From NCBI GenBank assembly GCA_022843905.1, contig JALHMT010000020.1, positions 371 through 64,370 on the forward strand: a stretch of 64,000 nucleotides of DNA, given 5' to 3'. Under the pieces are notes generated by a model. That model saw nothing but the letters and a program-made list of their open reading frames with translations, ran no database searches and was not told the origin of the DNA. Made by a program: the position numbers and the translations under genes. Source of the stretch: Rubrivivax sp. (GTDB lineage: Bacteria; Pseudomonadota; Gammaproteobacteria; Burkholderiales; Burkholderiaceae_C). Positions 50,850 through 59,699 of the stretch are shown piece after piece (within the stretch, counting starts at the first letter, position 1; the number at the start of each line of letters is the position of its first letter).

Positions 50850-52309
50850 GCTGTCCCTCCAACGGTGAGGCGTTCGATGCGAAGGGTCGGCTGGCCCACG
50901 CCCACCGGCACGCTCTGCCCCTCCTTGCCGCACACGCCGACACCGGTGTCGAGTTCCATGTCGTTGCCGATCATGGTCACGCGTGTCAGCGCGTCGGGGC
51001 CGTTGCCGATGATGGTGGCGCCCTTGACGGGGTACTGGATGCGGCCGTTCTCGACCCAGAAGGCCTCGCTCGCGCTGAAGACGAACTTGCCGCTGGTGAT
51101 GTCGACCTGGCCGCCGCCGAAGTTGGTGGCGTACAGGCCGCGCTTGATGCTGGCCACGATCTCCTCGCGCGGCTTGTCGCCGGCCAGCATGTAGGTGTTG
51201 GTCATGCGCGGCATCGGCACGCTGGCATAGCTTTCGCGGCGGCCGTTGCCTGTGGGCTTCACGCCCATCAGGCGCGCGTTCATGCTGTCCTGGATGTAGC
51301 CGCGCAGGATGCCGTCCTCGATCAGCACGTTGCGCTGGCTGGCGTGGCCTTCGTCGTCGACGTTCAACGAGCCGCGACGGTCGGGAATGGTGCCGTCGTC
51401 GAGCACGGTCACGCCCTTGGCGGCCACGCGCTGGCCGATGCGGCCGGCGAAGACGCTGGAGCCCTTGCGGTTGAAGTCGCCCTCCAGGCCGTGGCCCACC
51501 GCCTCGTGCAGCAGCACGCCGGGCCAGCCCGGGCCCAGCACCACGGTCATCTCGCCGGCAGCCACCGGGCGGCTTTCCAGGTTGGTGAGCGCAGCGTTGA
51601 CGGCCTGCGTGACGTAGCTGTCGATCACGTCGTCCTGGAAATAGCCCAGGCCGAAGCGCCCGCCGCCGCCGCCCGTGCCCACCTCGCGGCGGCCGTCCTG
51701 TTCGGCGATCACGGTGACGTTCATGCGCACCAGCGGCCGCACGTCGGCCGCCCGCGTGCCGTCGGCGCGTGCGACCAGCACCACGTCGTATTCGGCGCCG
51801 ATGCTGGCCATCACCTGCACGATGCGCGGGTCGCGCGCGCGCGCCAGCTTCTCGACCTTTTCCAGCAGCGCCACCTTCTGCGTGCTGTCGAGCGAGCCGA
51901 TGGGGTCGGTCAGCCCGTACAGCAGCCGGCTGCCGGCGGTGCGCGGCGCGCGCGCGATCTTCACGCGCTTGTTCTGTCCGGCCGCGGCGATGGTGCGCAC
52001 GGTGCGTGCGGCGTCGAGCAGCGACTCTTCCGACAGGTCGTCGGAGTAGGCAAAGGCCGTCTTCTCGCCGGCCACGGCACGCACGCCCACGCCCTGGTCG
52101 ATGCTGAAGCTGCCGCTCTTGACGATGCCTTCCTCCAGGCTCCAGCCCTCGTGGCGGGTGGTCTGGAAGTAGAGGTCGGCGTCGTCGACGCGGTGCTCGC
52201 CGATCATGGCCAGGGCCTTGGCCAACGAACTCTCCGCCAGGCCGAAGGGCTCGAGCATCAGCGACTGGGCGATGGCCAGCCGTTCGATGGTGGGTTCACG
52301 CGAGATCAT
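50846..52309 (-). CDS. tldD: Metalloprotease TldD
   Basis: LHEAVGHGLEGD, GNGRRESY, PRMTN, CGKEGQ..PVGVGQP. Confidence 0.95.
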   Translation of the reverse strand: MISREPTIERLAIAQSLMLEPFGLAESSLAKALAMIGEHRVDDADLYFQTTRHEGWSLEEGIVKSGSFSIDQGVGVRAVAGEKTAFAYSDDLSEESLLDAARTVRTIAAAGQNKRVKIARAPRTAGSRLLYGLTDPIGSLDSTQKVALLEKVEKLARARDPRIVQVMASIGAEYDVVLVARADGTRAADVRPLVRMNVTVIAEQDGRREVGTGGGGGRFGLGYFQDDVIDSYVTQAVNAALTNLESRPVAAGEMTVVLGPGWPGVLLHEAVGHGLEGDFNRKGSSVFAGRIGQRVAAKGVTVLDDGTIPDRRGSLNVDDEGHASQRNVLIEDGILRGYIQDSMNARLMGVKPTGNGRRESYASVPMPRMTNTYMLAGDKPREEIVASIKRGLYATNFGGGQVDITSGKFVFSASEAFWVENGRIQYPVKGATIIGNGPDALTRVTMIGNDMELDTGVGVCGKEGQSVPVGVGQPTLRIERLTVGGTA

Positions 52310-52514
52310 GGGCGCCTTCCAGCTGTGGGAGCGGCGATTGTAGGAGTGGCTCCGCGGCCGCGGGCCGGCGAGGCCATGGCTGCCCGGCCGTGGCGCCGAC
52401 AGTGCGCTTCGCGCTTCTTTACGCAGCTTCACCGCTGCGAGGTAGACCGGCGGAGGCGGGCGTCCGTTGCTCGGGGGCGGGTGCCGCCGGTGCCCATCGA
52501 CAGAGGAACAGATC

Positions 52515-52844
52515 ATGAACACTTCCCACCGACTCATCGCCGCCACGCTGCTGTCCGCCCTGGCCCTGGGCGCCATGGCCCAAGGGACCGCCACGCCCGG
52601 CGTGGACAAGCGCCAGCAGCGCCAGGAAGCACGCATCGAACAGGGCGCAGCCTCGGGCGCGCTGACCGGCCGCGAGCAGCACCGGCTGCACCACGAGCAG
52701 AAGGCCGTGGCGCGTGCCGAGGCGCGGGCCAAGGCCGACGGCAACGTCACCGCGCACGAGCGCGCCCGCCTGCACCACATGCAGAACCACGCCGGTCGTG
52801 ACATCCAGCGCCAGAAGCGCGACGCGCAGACCGCGCCGAACTGA
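52515..52844 (+). CDS. Small exported helical hypothetical protein
   Basis: Signal peptide; TPGVDKRQQRQEARIEQG..SG.LT..E and KADG.VT..ER internal repeat. Confidence 0.75.
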   Translation: MNTSHRLIAATLLSALALGAMAQGTATPGVDKRQQRQEARIEQGAASGALTGREQHRLHHEQKAVARAEARAKADGNVTAHERARLHHMQNHAGRDIQRQKRDAQTAPN

Positions 52845-52862
52845 TGCCCGACGGCAGCGCGA

Positions 52863-53771
52863 TCAGCCCTCCCGCAGCGCCAGCGCGCGGGCGTAGAGCA
52901 GGTTGCGCGGCGCACCGCTGAGTTCGGCCGCCAGTGCCACGGCCTGTTTCAGCGGCAGGTCGCGCAGCAGCACGCCCAGCGTGCGCTCGGCCTCGGGGCT
53001 CAGCGCTTCGTCGCTGGCCGTCGGGGCGGGCCGGGCATGCAGCACCAGCACGAACTCGCCGCGATGGCGTTGGGCATCGGCAGACAGCCAGGCAGGCAGG
53101 TCGCCTGCAGCCATGGTCGCGGCGGTCTCGAACTGTTTGGTGAGTTCGCGACACAGCGTGACGCGCCGCTCGGCCGCGCCCGCGGCCAGTTCGGCGGCCA
53201 GCGCTTCGATGCGGTGCGGCGCTTCGAACACGACGACCGTGCCCGCATCGGCCAGGGCATCGGCCAGCGCGCTGCGCCGCTCGGCGCCCTTGGACGGCAG
53301 AAAGCCGATGAAGCGGAAGCCCGCCGCCGCGACATCGCCGGCCACGCTGAGTGCGGCCAGCGCACTGCTGGCGCCCGGCAGCGGCACCACGCGCACGCCG
53401 GCGGCCTGGGCGTGCGCCACCAGCACGGCGCCGGGATCGCTGATCGCCGGGGTGCCGGCATCGCTGACGAAGGCCACCGACTCGCCGCGCGCCAGCCGTG
53501 CCATCACCAACCCGGCCGCCGTGTGTTCGTTGTGCGCATGCAGCGCCACCAACGGCCGCTCGATGCCGATGTGCCGCAGCAGCTGTGCCGCCACGCGCGT
53601 GTCCTCGCAAGCCACGGCGTCGACGCGCGACAGCACGTGCACCGCGCGCAGCGTCAGGTCGGCGAGGTTGCCGATCGGCGTGGCCACCACGTACAGTGTG
53701 CCCGGCGGATAGTGCTGGTGGCCGGCGGCCTCGGCGGCCGCCTGCAGCAGCAGGGAGGATCGGATGTTCAA
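52863..53771 (-). CDS. rsmI: 16S rRNA C1402 2'-O-methyltransferase
   Basis: LYVVATPIGNL, CEDTR, SDAGTPAISDPG, RELTK.FE; start uncertain. Confidence 0.93.
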   Translation of the reverse strand: MNIRSSLLLQAAAEAAGHQHYPPGTLYVVATPIGNLADLTLRAVHVLSRVDAVACEDTRVAAQLLRHIGIERPLVALHAHNEHTAAGLVMARLARGESVAFVSDAGTPAISDPGAVLVAHAQAAGVRVVPLPGASSALAALSVAGDVAAAGFRFIGFLPSKGAERRSALADALADAGTVVVFEAPHRIEALAAELAAGAAERRVTLCRELTKQFETAATMAAGDLPAWLSADAQRHRGEFVLVLHARPAPTASDEALSPEAERTLGVLLRDLPLKQAVALAAELSGAPRNLLYARALALREG

Positions 53772-54177
53772 GGGCTTGCCGCGGTTGAAGGATCTGGCGC
53801 ACCGGGTCAAGGCCCCGACCCAGGCCGCCGGCGACGATGCCGAAGCGCGCGCCCTGGCCTGGCTGCAGGCCCGCGGGCTGGCGCTGGTGCAGCGCAATTA
53901 TCGGGTCGCCAGGGGCCCGCGTGCGCGCGGCGGCGAGATCGACCTGATCCTGCGCGAATCCGACGGCACCCTGGTCTTCGTCGAGGTGCGCTGCAGGCAG
54001 GATGGCTCCCGCGGTGGCGCTGCGGCCAGCGTCACCGCCCGCAAGCAGCGGAGCCTGGTGCTCGCTGCGCGCCACTACCTGATGGGCCTGAGCGTGCTGC
54101 CACCCTGCCGTTTCGACGTGCTGGCCATCGACGGCGACCGCATCGAGTGGCTGCAGGGGGCCTTCGGCGAAGGCTGA
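53764..54177 (+). CDS. yraN: YraN family putative endonuclease
   Basis: GEIDLI, LVFVEVR, CRFDV. Confidence 0.9.
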   Translation: MFKGLPRLKDLAHRVKAPTQAAGDDAEARALAWLQARGLALVQRNYRVARGPRARGGEIDLILRESDGTLVFVEVRCRQDGSRGGAAASVTARKQRSLVLAARHYLMGLSVLPPCRFDVLAIDGDRIEWLQGAFGEG

Positions 54178-54253
54178 CCGGCCGCTCGGCGGCAGGCCTT
54201 TCGGCACGCCGGAGAAACCTTTGGCCGCAACCCGTGTCATATGATCCATGTCC

Positions 54254-54841
54254 ATGCTCGAGCAACGCATCCAGCAGCAGTTCTTCGAGTCGGCCGACCT
54301 CCAGTACCAGACCGCCGAGTCCCTGGCCCGCCCCGTGGCCGATGCAGCGAACGCGCTGCTCGGCGTCATCACGGCCGGTGGCAAGGTGATGATCTGCGGC
54401 AGCGGCGACGGCGCCGTGCTGGCGCGCCATCTTCAGGTGCGGCTGATGGGGCGCTTCGAACGCGAGCGCCCGCCGCTGTCGGCGCTGGCGCTCAGCAACG
54501 ATCCGGCGCTGGCCGCGGTGGTCGGTGCGGGCCAGGCCTATGGGCAGCAGGTGCGGGCGCTGGGGCACCCGGGCGACGTGCTGGTGGTGTTCGATGCCGG
54601 CGGCGCGCCCGCAGCGGAATGTCTGGCCGCCGTGCAGGCGGCGCAGCAGAAGGACGTCAGCGTGGTCGTGCTGGCTGGCGCCGGCGGCGCCGGCTGGCGC
54701 GAGTCACTTTCGGAAACCGACGTGCTGGTCGGGGTGCCTCACGAGCGCCCTGCCCGCATCCTCGAGATGCAGTTGCTGATGGTTCATTGCCTGTGCGACG
54801 CGCTCGACCTGCAACTGATGGGAGAACAGGAAAACCCATGA
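54254..54841 (+). CDS. SIS-domain GmhA/DiaA-family protein with degenerate active site
   Basis: GGKVMICG, GRFERERPPL, GDVL, HCLCD..D; occupies the yraO/diaA position. Confidence 0.75.
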   Translation: MLEQRIQQQFFESADLQYQTAESLARPVADAANALLGVITAGGKVMICGSGDGAVLARHLQVRLMGRFERERPPLSALALSNDPALAAVVGAGQAYGQQVRALGHPGDVLVVFDAGGAPAAECLAAVQAAQQKDVSVVVLAGAGGAGWRESLSETDVLVGVPHERPARILEMQLLMVHCLCDALDLQLMGEQENP

Positions 54842-55479
54842 CCCCCCAATCGAAATCCTTGACGCCAGGCCACCGACGCACGGTGCTCGCCGCCGCACTG
54901 GTCGCAGCAGCAGGCGTCGCGCTGCCCGGCTGCGCGCCCCTGATCGTCGGCGGCGCCATGGTGGGCGGCACGATGATGGTCATCGACCGCCGCACCTCGG
55001 GAGCACAGATCGAGGACCAGTCCATCGAACTCAAGATGGGCAGCCGGGCACGCGAACTCTCGCCATCCGGCCGCATCAACGCCACCAGCTACAACCGCAT
55101 GCTGCTGTTGTCGGGGGAGGTGCCCAACGAGTCCGACAGGAAGGCCCTCGAGCAGGCCGCCGGCCGCATCGAGAACGTACGCTCCATCGTCAACGAGCTG
55201 GCGGTGATGGAGACTGCCAGCATGGGCACGCGTTCGAACGACGCCGTGCTGTCGGCGCGCGTCAAGGCGTCCTTCGTCGACGCCAAGGACCTGCAGGCGC
55301 AGGCCATCAAGGTCACCACCGACCGCGGCATCGTCTACCTGATGGGCCTGGTCACCGAACGCGAGGCCGCCCGCGCGGCCGAGGTGGCACGGGCCGTCAG
55401 CGGCGTCAACAAGGTGGTGCGGGTGTTCGAGATGATCAGCGAGGCCGAGCTGGCCAACCTCGAGAACCGCAACAAGTAG
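54838..55479 (+). CDS. Dual-BON lipoprotein (DolP/YraP-like)
   Basis: LPGC lipobox; DRRTSGAQIEDQ; two BON domains. Confidence 0.88.
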   Translation: MTPQSKSLTPGHRRTVLAAALVAAAGVALPGCAPLIVGGAMVGGTMMVIDRRTSGAQIEDQSIELKMGSRARELSPSGRINATSYNRMLLLSGEVPNESDRKALEQAAGRIENVRSIVNELAVMETASMGTRSNDAVLSARVKASFVDAKDLQAQAIKVTTDRGIVYLMGLVTEREAARAAEVARAVSGVNKVVRVFEMISEAELANLENRNK

Positions 55480-55509
55480 GCGGAGCAGGGCGGCGCGGCC
55501 GCCCGGCTT

Positions 55510-56406
55510 TCACTTCTTCAGCCGGCGAACCAGGCTGGAGGTGTCCCAGCGTCGGCCGCCCATGGCCTGGACCTCGGCATAGAACTGGTCCACCAGGGCC
55601 GTGACGGGCAGTTGCGCGCCGTTGCGGCGGGCCTCGTCGATCACGAGGCCGAGATCCTTGCGCATCCAGTCGACGGCGAAGCCGAACTCGAACTGGTCGT
55701 CCACCATGGTCTTGCCGCGGTTGTCCAGCTGCCAGCTCTGCGCCGCGCCCTTGCCGATGACGTCGAGCACCAGCTTCATGTCCAGACCGGCACGCTGGCC
55801 GAAGGCGACGGCCTCCGACAGCCCCTGCACCAGGCCGGCGATGGCCACCTGGTTGACCATCTTCGCCAGCTGCCCCGCGCCGCTGGCGCCGATCAGCGTG
55901 ACGGCGCGCGAGAAGGCCAGGGCCACGGGCTTCATCGACTCGAAGGCCGTGGTGTCGCCGCCGCACATCACCGTGAGCGCGCCGTTGACGGCACCCGCCT
56001 GGCCGCCGGACACGGGTGCGTCGACGAAGTGCTTGCCCTGCGATGCAGCCAGCGCGTGGAGTTCGCGTGCCACCTCGGCAGAGGCCGTGGTGTGGTCGAC
56101 GAAAATGGCGCCGGGCTTCATGCCCGCGAAGGCGCCTTGCTCGCCCAGCACCACCGAGCGCAGGTCGTCGTCGTTGCCGACGCAGGCGAAGACGATGTCG
56201 GCGCCTGCGGCCGCCTGGCGCGGCGAGGCGCCGCTGCTGCCGCCGTACTGCGCGACCCAGGCGTCGGACCTGGCGGCCGTGCGGTTGTAGACGCAGACGC
56301 CGTGGCCGGCGGCCGCCAGGTGCCCGGCCATGGGAAAGCCCATGACGCCCAGGCCCAGGAAGGCCACACGCCGCGGGGTGATCGGTTCGTAGGTTCGGGT
56401 GCTCAT
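55510..56406 (-). CDS. NAD(P)-dependent 3-hydroxyisobutyrate/tartronate-semialdehyde reductase family protein
   Basis: GLGVMG, DAPVSGG, AKMVNQ. Confidence 0.9.
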   Translation of the reverse strand: MSTRTYEPITPRRVAFLGLGVMGFPMAGHLAAAGHGVCVYNRTAARSDAWVAQYGGSSGASPRQAAAGADIVFACVGNDDDLRSVVLGEQGAFAGMKPGAIFVDHTTASAEVARELHALAASQGKHFVDAPVSGGQAGAVNGALTVMCGGDTTAFESMKPVALAFSRAVTLIGASGAGQLAKMVNQVAIAGLVQGLSEAVAFGQRAGLDMKLVLDVIGKGAAQSWQLDNRGKTMVDDQFEFGFAVDWMRKDLGLVIDEARRNGAQLPVTALVDQFYAEVQAMGGRRWDTSSLVRRLKK

Positions 56407-56434
56407 GGCGTGATCTTGCCACGAGCCCCGTTGT

Positions 56435-57571
56435 CTAGACGACGCGCATGTGCTCGGTGCCGGCCGCCAGATCGGGATTGCGCGCGCGCTGGCTGTTGAG
56501 CTTGATCTGCAGCCGCAGGTCGTTCACCGAGTCGGCGTTGCGCATGGCGTCCTCGTAGGTGATGACGCGCGACTCGTACAGGTCGAACAGCGCCTGGTCG
56601 AAGGTCTGCATGCCGAGCTCGCGCGAGCGCTTCATCAGGTCCTTGATCTCGCCGACCTCGCCCTTGAAGATGAGGTCGGAGATCAGCGGCGTGTTGAGCA
56701 TGATCTCGACGGCCGCCACGCGGCCGCGGCCGGCCTCGCGCGGCATCAGCCGCTGCGAGACCATCGCCTTGAGGTTCAGCGACAGATCCATCAGCAGCTG
56801 CATGCGCCGCTCGTCGGGGAAGAAGTTGATGATGCGGTCGAGCGCCTGGTTGGCGCTGTTGGCGTGCAGCGTGGCCATGCACAGGTGGCCGGTCTCGGCG
56901 AAGGCCACGGCGTGTTCCATGGTCTCGCGGTCGCGGATCTCGCCCATCAGGATGACGTCGGGCGCCTGGCGCAGCGAGTTCTTCAGCGCCGGCTCCCAGC
57001 CGTCGGTGTCTATGCCCACCTCGCGCTGCGTCACGATGCAGTTCTTGTGGCGGTGCACGAATTCGACCGGGTCCTCGATGGTGATGATGTGGCCGAAGGA
57101 GTTCTCGTTGCGCCAGTCGACCATGGCCGCCAGCGAGGTGCTCTTGCCCGAGCCGGTGGCACCCACGAAGATGACCAGGCCGCGCTTGGTCATCGCCACT
57201 TCCTTGAGCACGCCGGGCAGATTCAGCGAGTCGATGGTGGGCAGCGTCTGCGGGATCGTGCGCAGCACCATGCCGATCTGGCCCTGCTGCACGAAGGCAT
57301 TCACGCGGAAGCGCCCCACGCCCTGCGGCGAGATGGCGAAGTTGCACTCCTTGCTGCGCTCGAAGTCGGCCGCCTGCTTGTCGTTCATCACCGCGCGCAC
57401 CAGCGCCAGCGTGTGCTGCCCCGTCAGCGGCTGCGGCGACACCTTGGTGACCTTGCCGTCCACCTTGATCGCCGGTGGAAAGTCGGCCGTGATGAACAGG
57501 TCCGACCCGTTGCGGCTGACCATCAGCCGCAGCAGGTCGTTGACGAACTTCGATGCCTGGTCGCGTTCCAT
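56435..57571 (-). CDS. pilU: Type IV pilus retraction ATPase
   Basis: SDLFITADFPP, GATGSGKST, EDPVE, LRQAPD, GMQTFDQ. Confidence 0.93.
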   Translation of the reverse strand: MERDQASKFVNDLLRLMVSRNGSDLFITADFPPAIKVDGKVTKVSPQPLTGQHTLALVRAVMNDKQAADFERSKECNFAISPQGVGRFRVNAFVQQGQIGMVLRTIPQTLPTIDSLNLPGVLKEVAMTKRGLVIFVGATGSGKSTSLAAMVDWRNENSFGHIITIEDPVEFVHRHKNCIVTQREVGIDTDGWEPALKNSLRQAPDVILMGEIRDRETMEHAVAFAETGHLCMATLHANSANQALDRIINFFPDERRMQLLMDLSLNLKAMVSQRLMPREAGRGRVAAVEIMLNTPLISDLIFKGEVGEIKDLMKRSRELGMQTFDQALFDLYESRVITYEDAMRNADSVNDLRLQIKLNSQRARNPDLAAGTEHMRVV

Positions 57572-57621
57572 CAGATCTCCATCGCAACTTCGCGCCGACG
57601 CCAAGGGCGTAAGGCGCAACA

Positions 57622-57705
57622 CAAGCAAACGCCGCGGACCGGCTCTGCCGGGCCGCTGGGGTTGCCCCTTGAGGGGAGGCGGCCGCAGGCCGCTATGGGG
57701 TGGTC
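57622..57705 (-). repeat. Dispersed REP/MITE-like element, short form, between pilT and pilU
   Basis: Reverse complement GACCACCCCATAGCGGCCTGCGGCCGCCTCCCCTCAAGGGGCAACCCCAGCGGCCCGGCAGAGCCGGTCCGCGGCGTTTGCTTG matches the arms of 42663-42828. Confidence 0.7.
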
Positions 57706-57709
57706 GTCC

Positions 57710-58753
57710 TTATCCAGGGAAGTTCTCGGGGATCTTCGCTTTGGCCCGCGCCTCCGCCGGGCTCACCACGTTGCGCCGCACGAGGTCGGCCAGGTTCTGG
57801 TCGAGCGTCTGCATGCCCAGGCTCTGGCCGGTCTGGATCGAGGAGTACATCTGCGCGATCTTGTTCTCGCGGATCAGGTTCTTGATGGCCGAGGTGGCGA
57901 CCATGATCTCGTGCGCGGCCACGCGGCCCGAACCGTCCTTCAGCTTGCACAGCGTCTGCGAGATCACCGCCACCAGCGATTCCGAGAGCATCGCCCGCAC
58001 CATCTCCTTCTCGGCCGCGGGGAAGACGTCGACCACGCGGTCGATGGTCTTGGCGGCGCTGCTGGTGTGCAGCGTGCCGAACACCAGGTGGCCGGTCTCG
58101 GCCGCGGTGAGTGCCAGGCGGATGGTCTCCAGGTCACGCATCTCGCCGACCAGGATGGCGTCGGGGTCCTCGCGCAGCGCCGAGCGCAGCGCGTTGGCGA
58201 AGCTCAGCGTGTGCGGGCCCACCTCGCGCTGGTTGATCAGGCACTTCTTGCTCTCGTGCACGAACTCGATCGGGTCTTCCACGGTCAGCACGTGGCCGTA
58301 CTCGTTCTCGTTGAGGTGGTTGACCATGGCCGCCAGCGTCGTGCTCTTGCCCGAACCCGTGGGGCCGGTCACCAGCACCAGGCCGCGCGGCTTGAGCGCC
58401 AGGTCGGCGAAGACCTTGGGCGTGCCGAGCTGCTCCAGCGTGAGGATCTTGCTCGGAATGGTGCGGAACACCGCGCCGGCGCCACGGTTCTGGTTGAAGG
58501 CGTTGACGCGAAAGCGCGCCAGGCCCTGGATCTCGAAGCTGAAGTCGCACTCCAGCGTGTCTTCGTAGTGCTTGCGCTGGGCGTCGTTCATGATGTCGTA
58601 CACCATGTCGTGCACCTGCTTGTGCTCGAGGGCGTCGACGTTGATGCGACGCACGTCGCCGTGCACACGGATCATCGGCGGCAGGCCGGCCGACAGGTGC
58701 AGGTCGGAGGCCTTGTTCTTGACCGAGAAAGCCAGAAGCTGGGTGATGTCCAT
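57710..58753 (-). CDS. pilT: Type IV pilus retraction ATPase
   Basis: ASDLHLSAG, GPTGSGKST, LREDPD, AIKNLIRE motif. Confidence 0.96.
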   Translation of the reverse strand: MDITQLLAFSVKNKASDLHLSAGLPPMIRVHGDVRRINVDALEHKQVHDMVYDIMNDAQRKHYEDTLECDFSFEIQGLARFRVNAFNQNRGAGAVFRTIPSKILTLEQLGTPKVFADLALKPRGLVLVTGPTGSGKSTTLAAMVNHLNENEYGHVLTVEDPIEFVHESKKCLINQREVGPHTLSFANALRSALREDPDAILVGEMRDLETIRLALTAAETGHLVFGTLHTSSAAKTIDRVVDVFPAAEKEMVRAMLSESLVAVISQTLCKLKDGSGRVAAHEIMVATSAIKNLIRENKIAQMYSSIQTGQSLGMQTLDQNLADLVRRNVVSPAEARAKAKIPENFPG

Positions 58754-58792
58754 GGACGACGCGATGACGCGTAGGGATAAGCTCGGGGGATT

Positions 58793-59485
58793 ATGGGCAG
58801 CATCGAAGCCAACCTGCAACAAGTGAAGGGCCGAATAAGCCATGCTTGTGTCGCCGCCGGTCGCCCGGTGGAAAGTGTCACGCTGCTGGCGGTCAGCAAG
58901 ACCTTCGCCGCCGAGAGCGTGCGCCAGGCGCATGCCGCCGGGCAGATCGCCTTCGGCGAGAACTACGTCCAGGAGGCGCTGGACAAGATCGCTGCACTCG
59001 CCGCGCTGCGGCCACGCATCGAATGGCACCTCATCGGCCCCCTGCAGAGCAACAAGACCCGGCCGGTGGCCGAAACCTTCGACTGGGTGCATTCGGTCGA
59101 CCGGCTGAAGATCGCCGAGCGGCTGGCCGCCCAGCGCCCGCCCGGGCTGCCGCCGCTGCAGATCTGCCTGCAGGTCAACATCTCCGAAGAAGCCAGCAAG
59201 AGCGGCCTGGCGCCCTCGGACGTGCCGATGGTGGCGCGGGCCGTGGCGGCGCTGCCGCGCGAGCGCATCGTGCTGCGGGGCCTGATGGCCATTCCCGAGC
59301 CTGCCGCCGACCCGGCTTTACAGCGCGTCCCGCACCGCGCGCTGCGCGAACTGATGGGCGCGGTGAACGACCGGGGGCTGGGGCTGGACACCTTGTCGAT
59401 GGGCATGAGCGCCGACCTGGAAGCCGCTGTGCTCGAAGGCGCCACCATGGTGCGCGTCGGCACCGCGCTCTTCGGCAGGCGCTGA
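58793..59485 (+). CDS. yggS: PLP homeostasis protein
   Basis: LAVSKT, FGENYVQE, WHLIGPLQSNK, SMGMS, VRVGT. Confidence 0.95.
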   Translation: MGSIEANLQQVKGRISHACVAAGRPVESVTLLAVSKTFAAESVRQAHAAGQIAFGENYVQEALDKIAALAALRPRIEWHLIGPLQSNKTRPVAETFDWVHSVDRLKIAERLAAQRPPGLPPLQICLQVNISEEASKSGLAPSDVPMVARAVAALPRERIVLRGLMAIPEPAADPALQRVPHRALRELMGAVNDRGLGLDTLSMGMSADLEAAVLEGATMVRVGTALFGRR

Positions 59486-59545
59486 GGGCCGCGACAGCCC
59501 TCACTTCCGCGCCAGATGCCCGGAAACGGGGGGCGATCGCGGCCT

Positions 59546-59591
59546 TGTTCACGATGTGAGCATTCGTAAGCGGCAGCGTCCTGCGCACAAT
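59546..59591 (+). promoter_or_regulatory. Candidate operator and -10 for the S8 peptidase gene
   Basis: TGTTCAC-GAT-GTGAGCA dyad (6/7) at 59546-59562; CACAAT at 59586-59591. Confidence 0.3.
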
Positions 59592-59699
59592 GTCGAGGCA
59601 CTGCGCATGGGGGCGGCTTCGGTCGGCCATCGCGCAAGGCGGCGCGGGGGTGGCAAAGGCCGGCCGCGAGGAAGTGGCCGGGCGACCTGATCTCGCCTG

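Noticed and set aside
50846-52309. TldD as part of the peptide system
   Set aside because: Housekeeping context; the PCAT already supplies leader cleavage.
59640-59690. Possible c-di-GMP-I (GEMM) riboswitch before the S8 gene (GGCAAA followed by hairpin CCGGCCGC-GAGGAA-GTGGCCGG)
   Set aside because: Lacks the GNRA-loop/GACGCAAAG continuation and second stem of GEMM; probably just a hairpin. An Infernal search would settle it.
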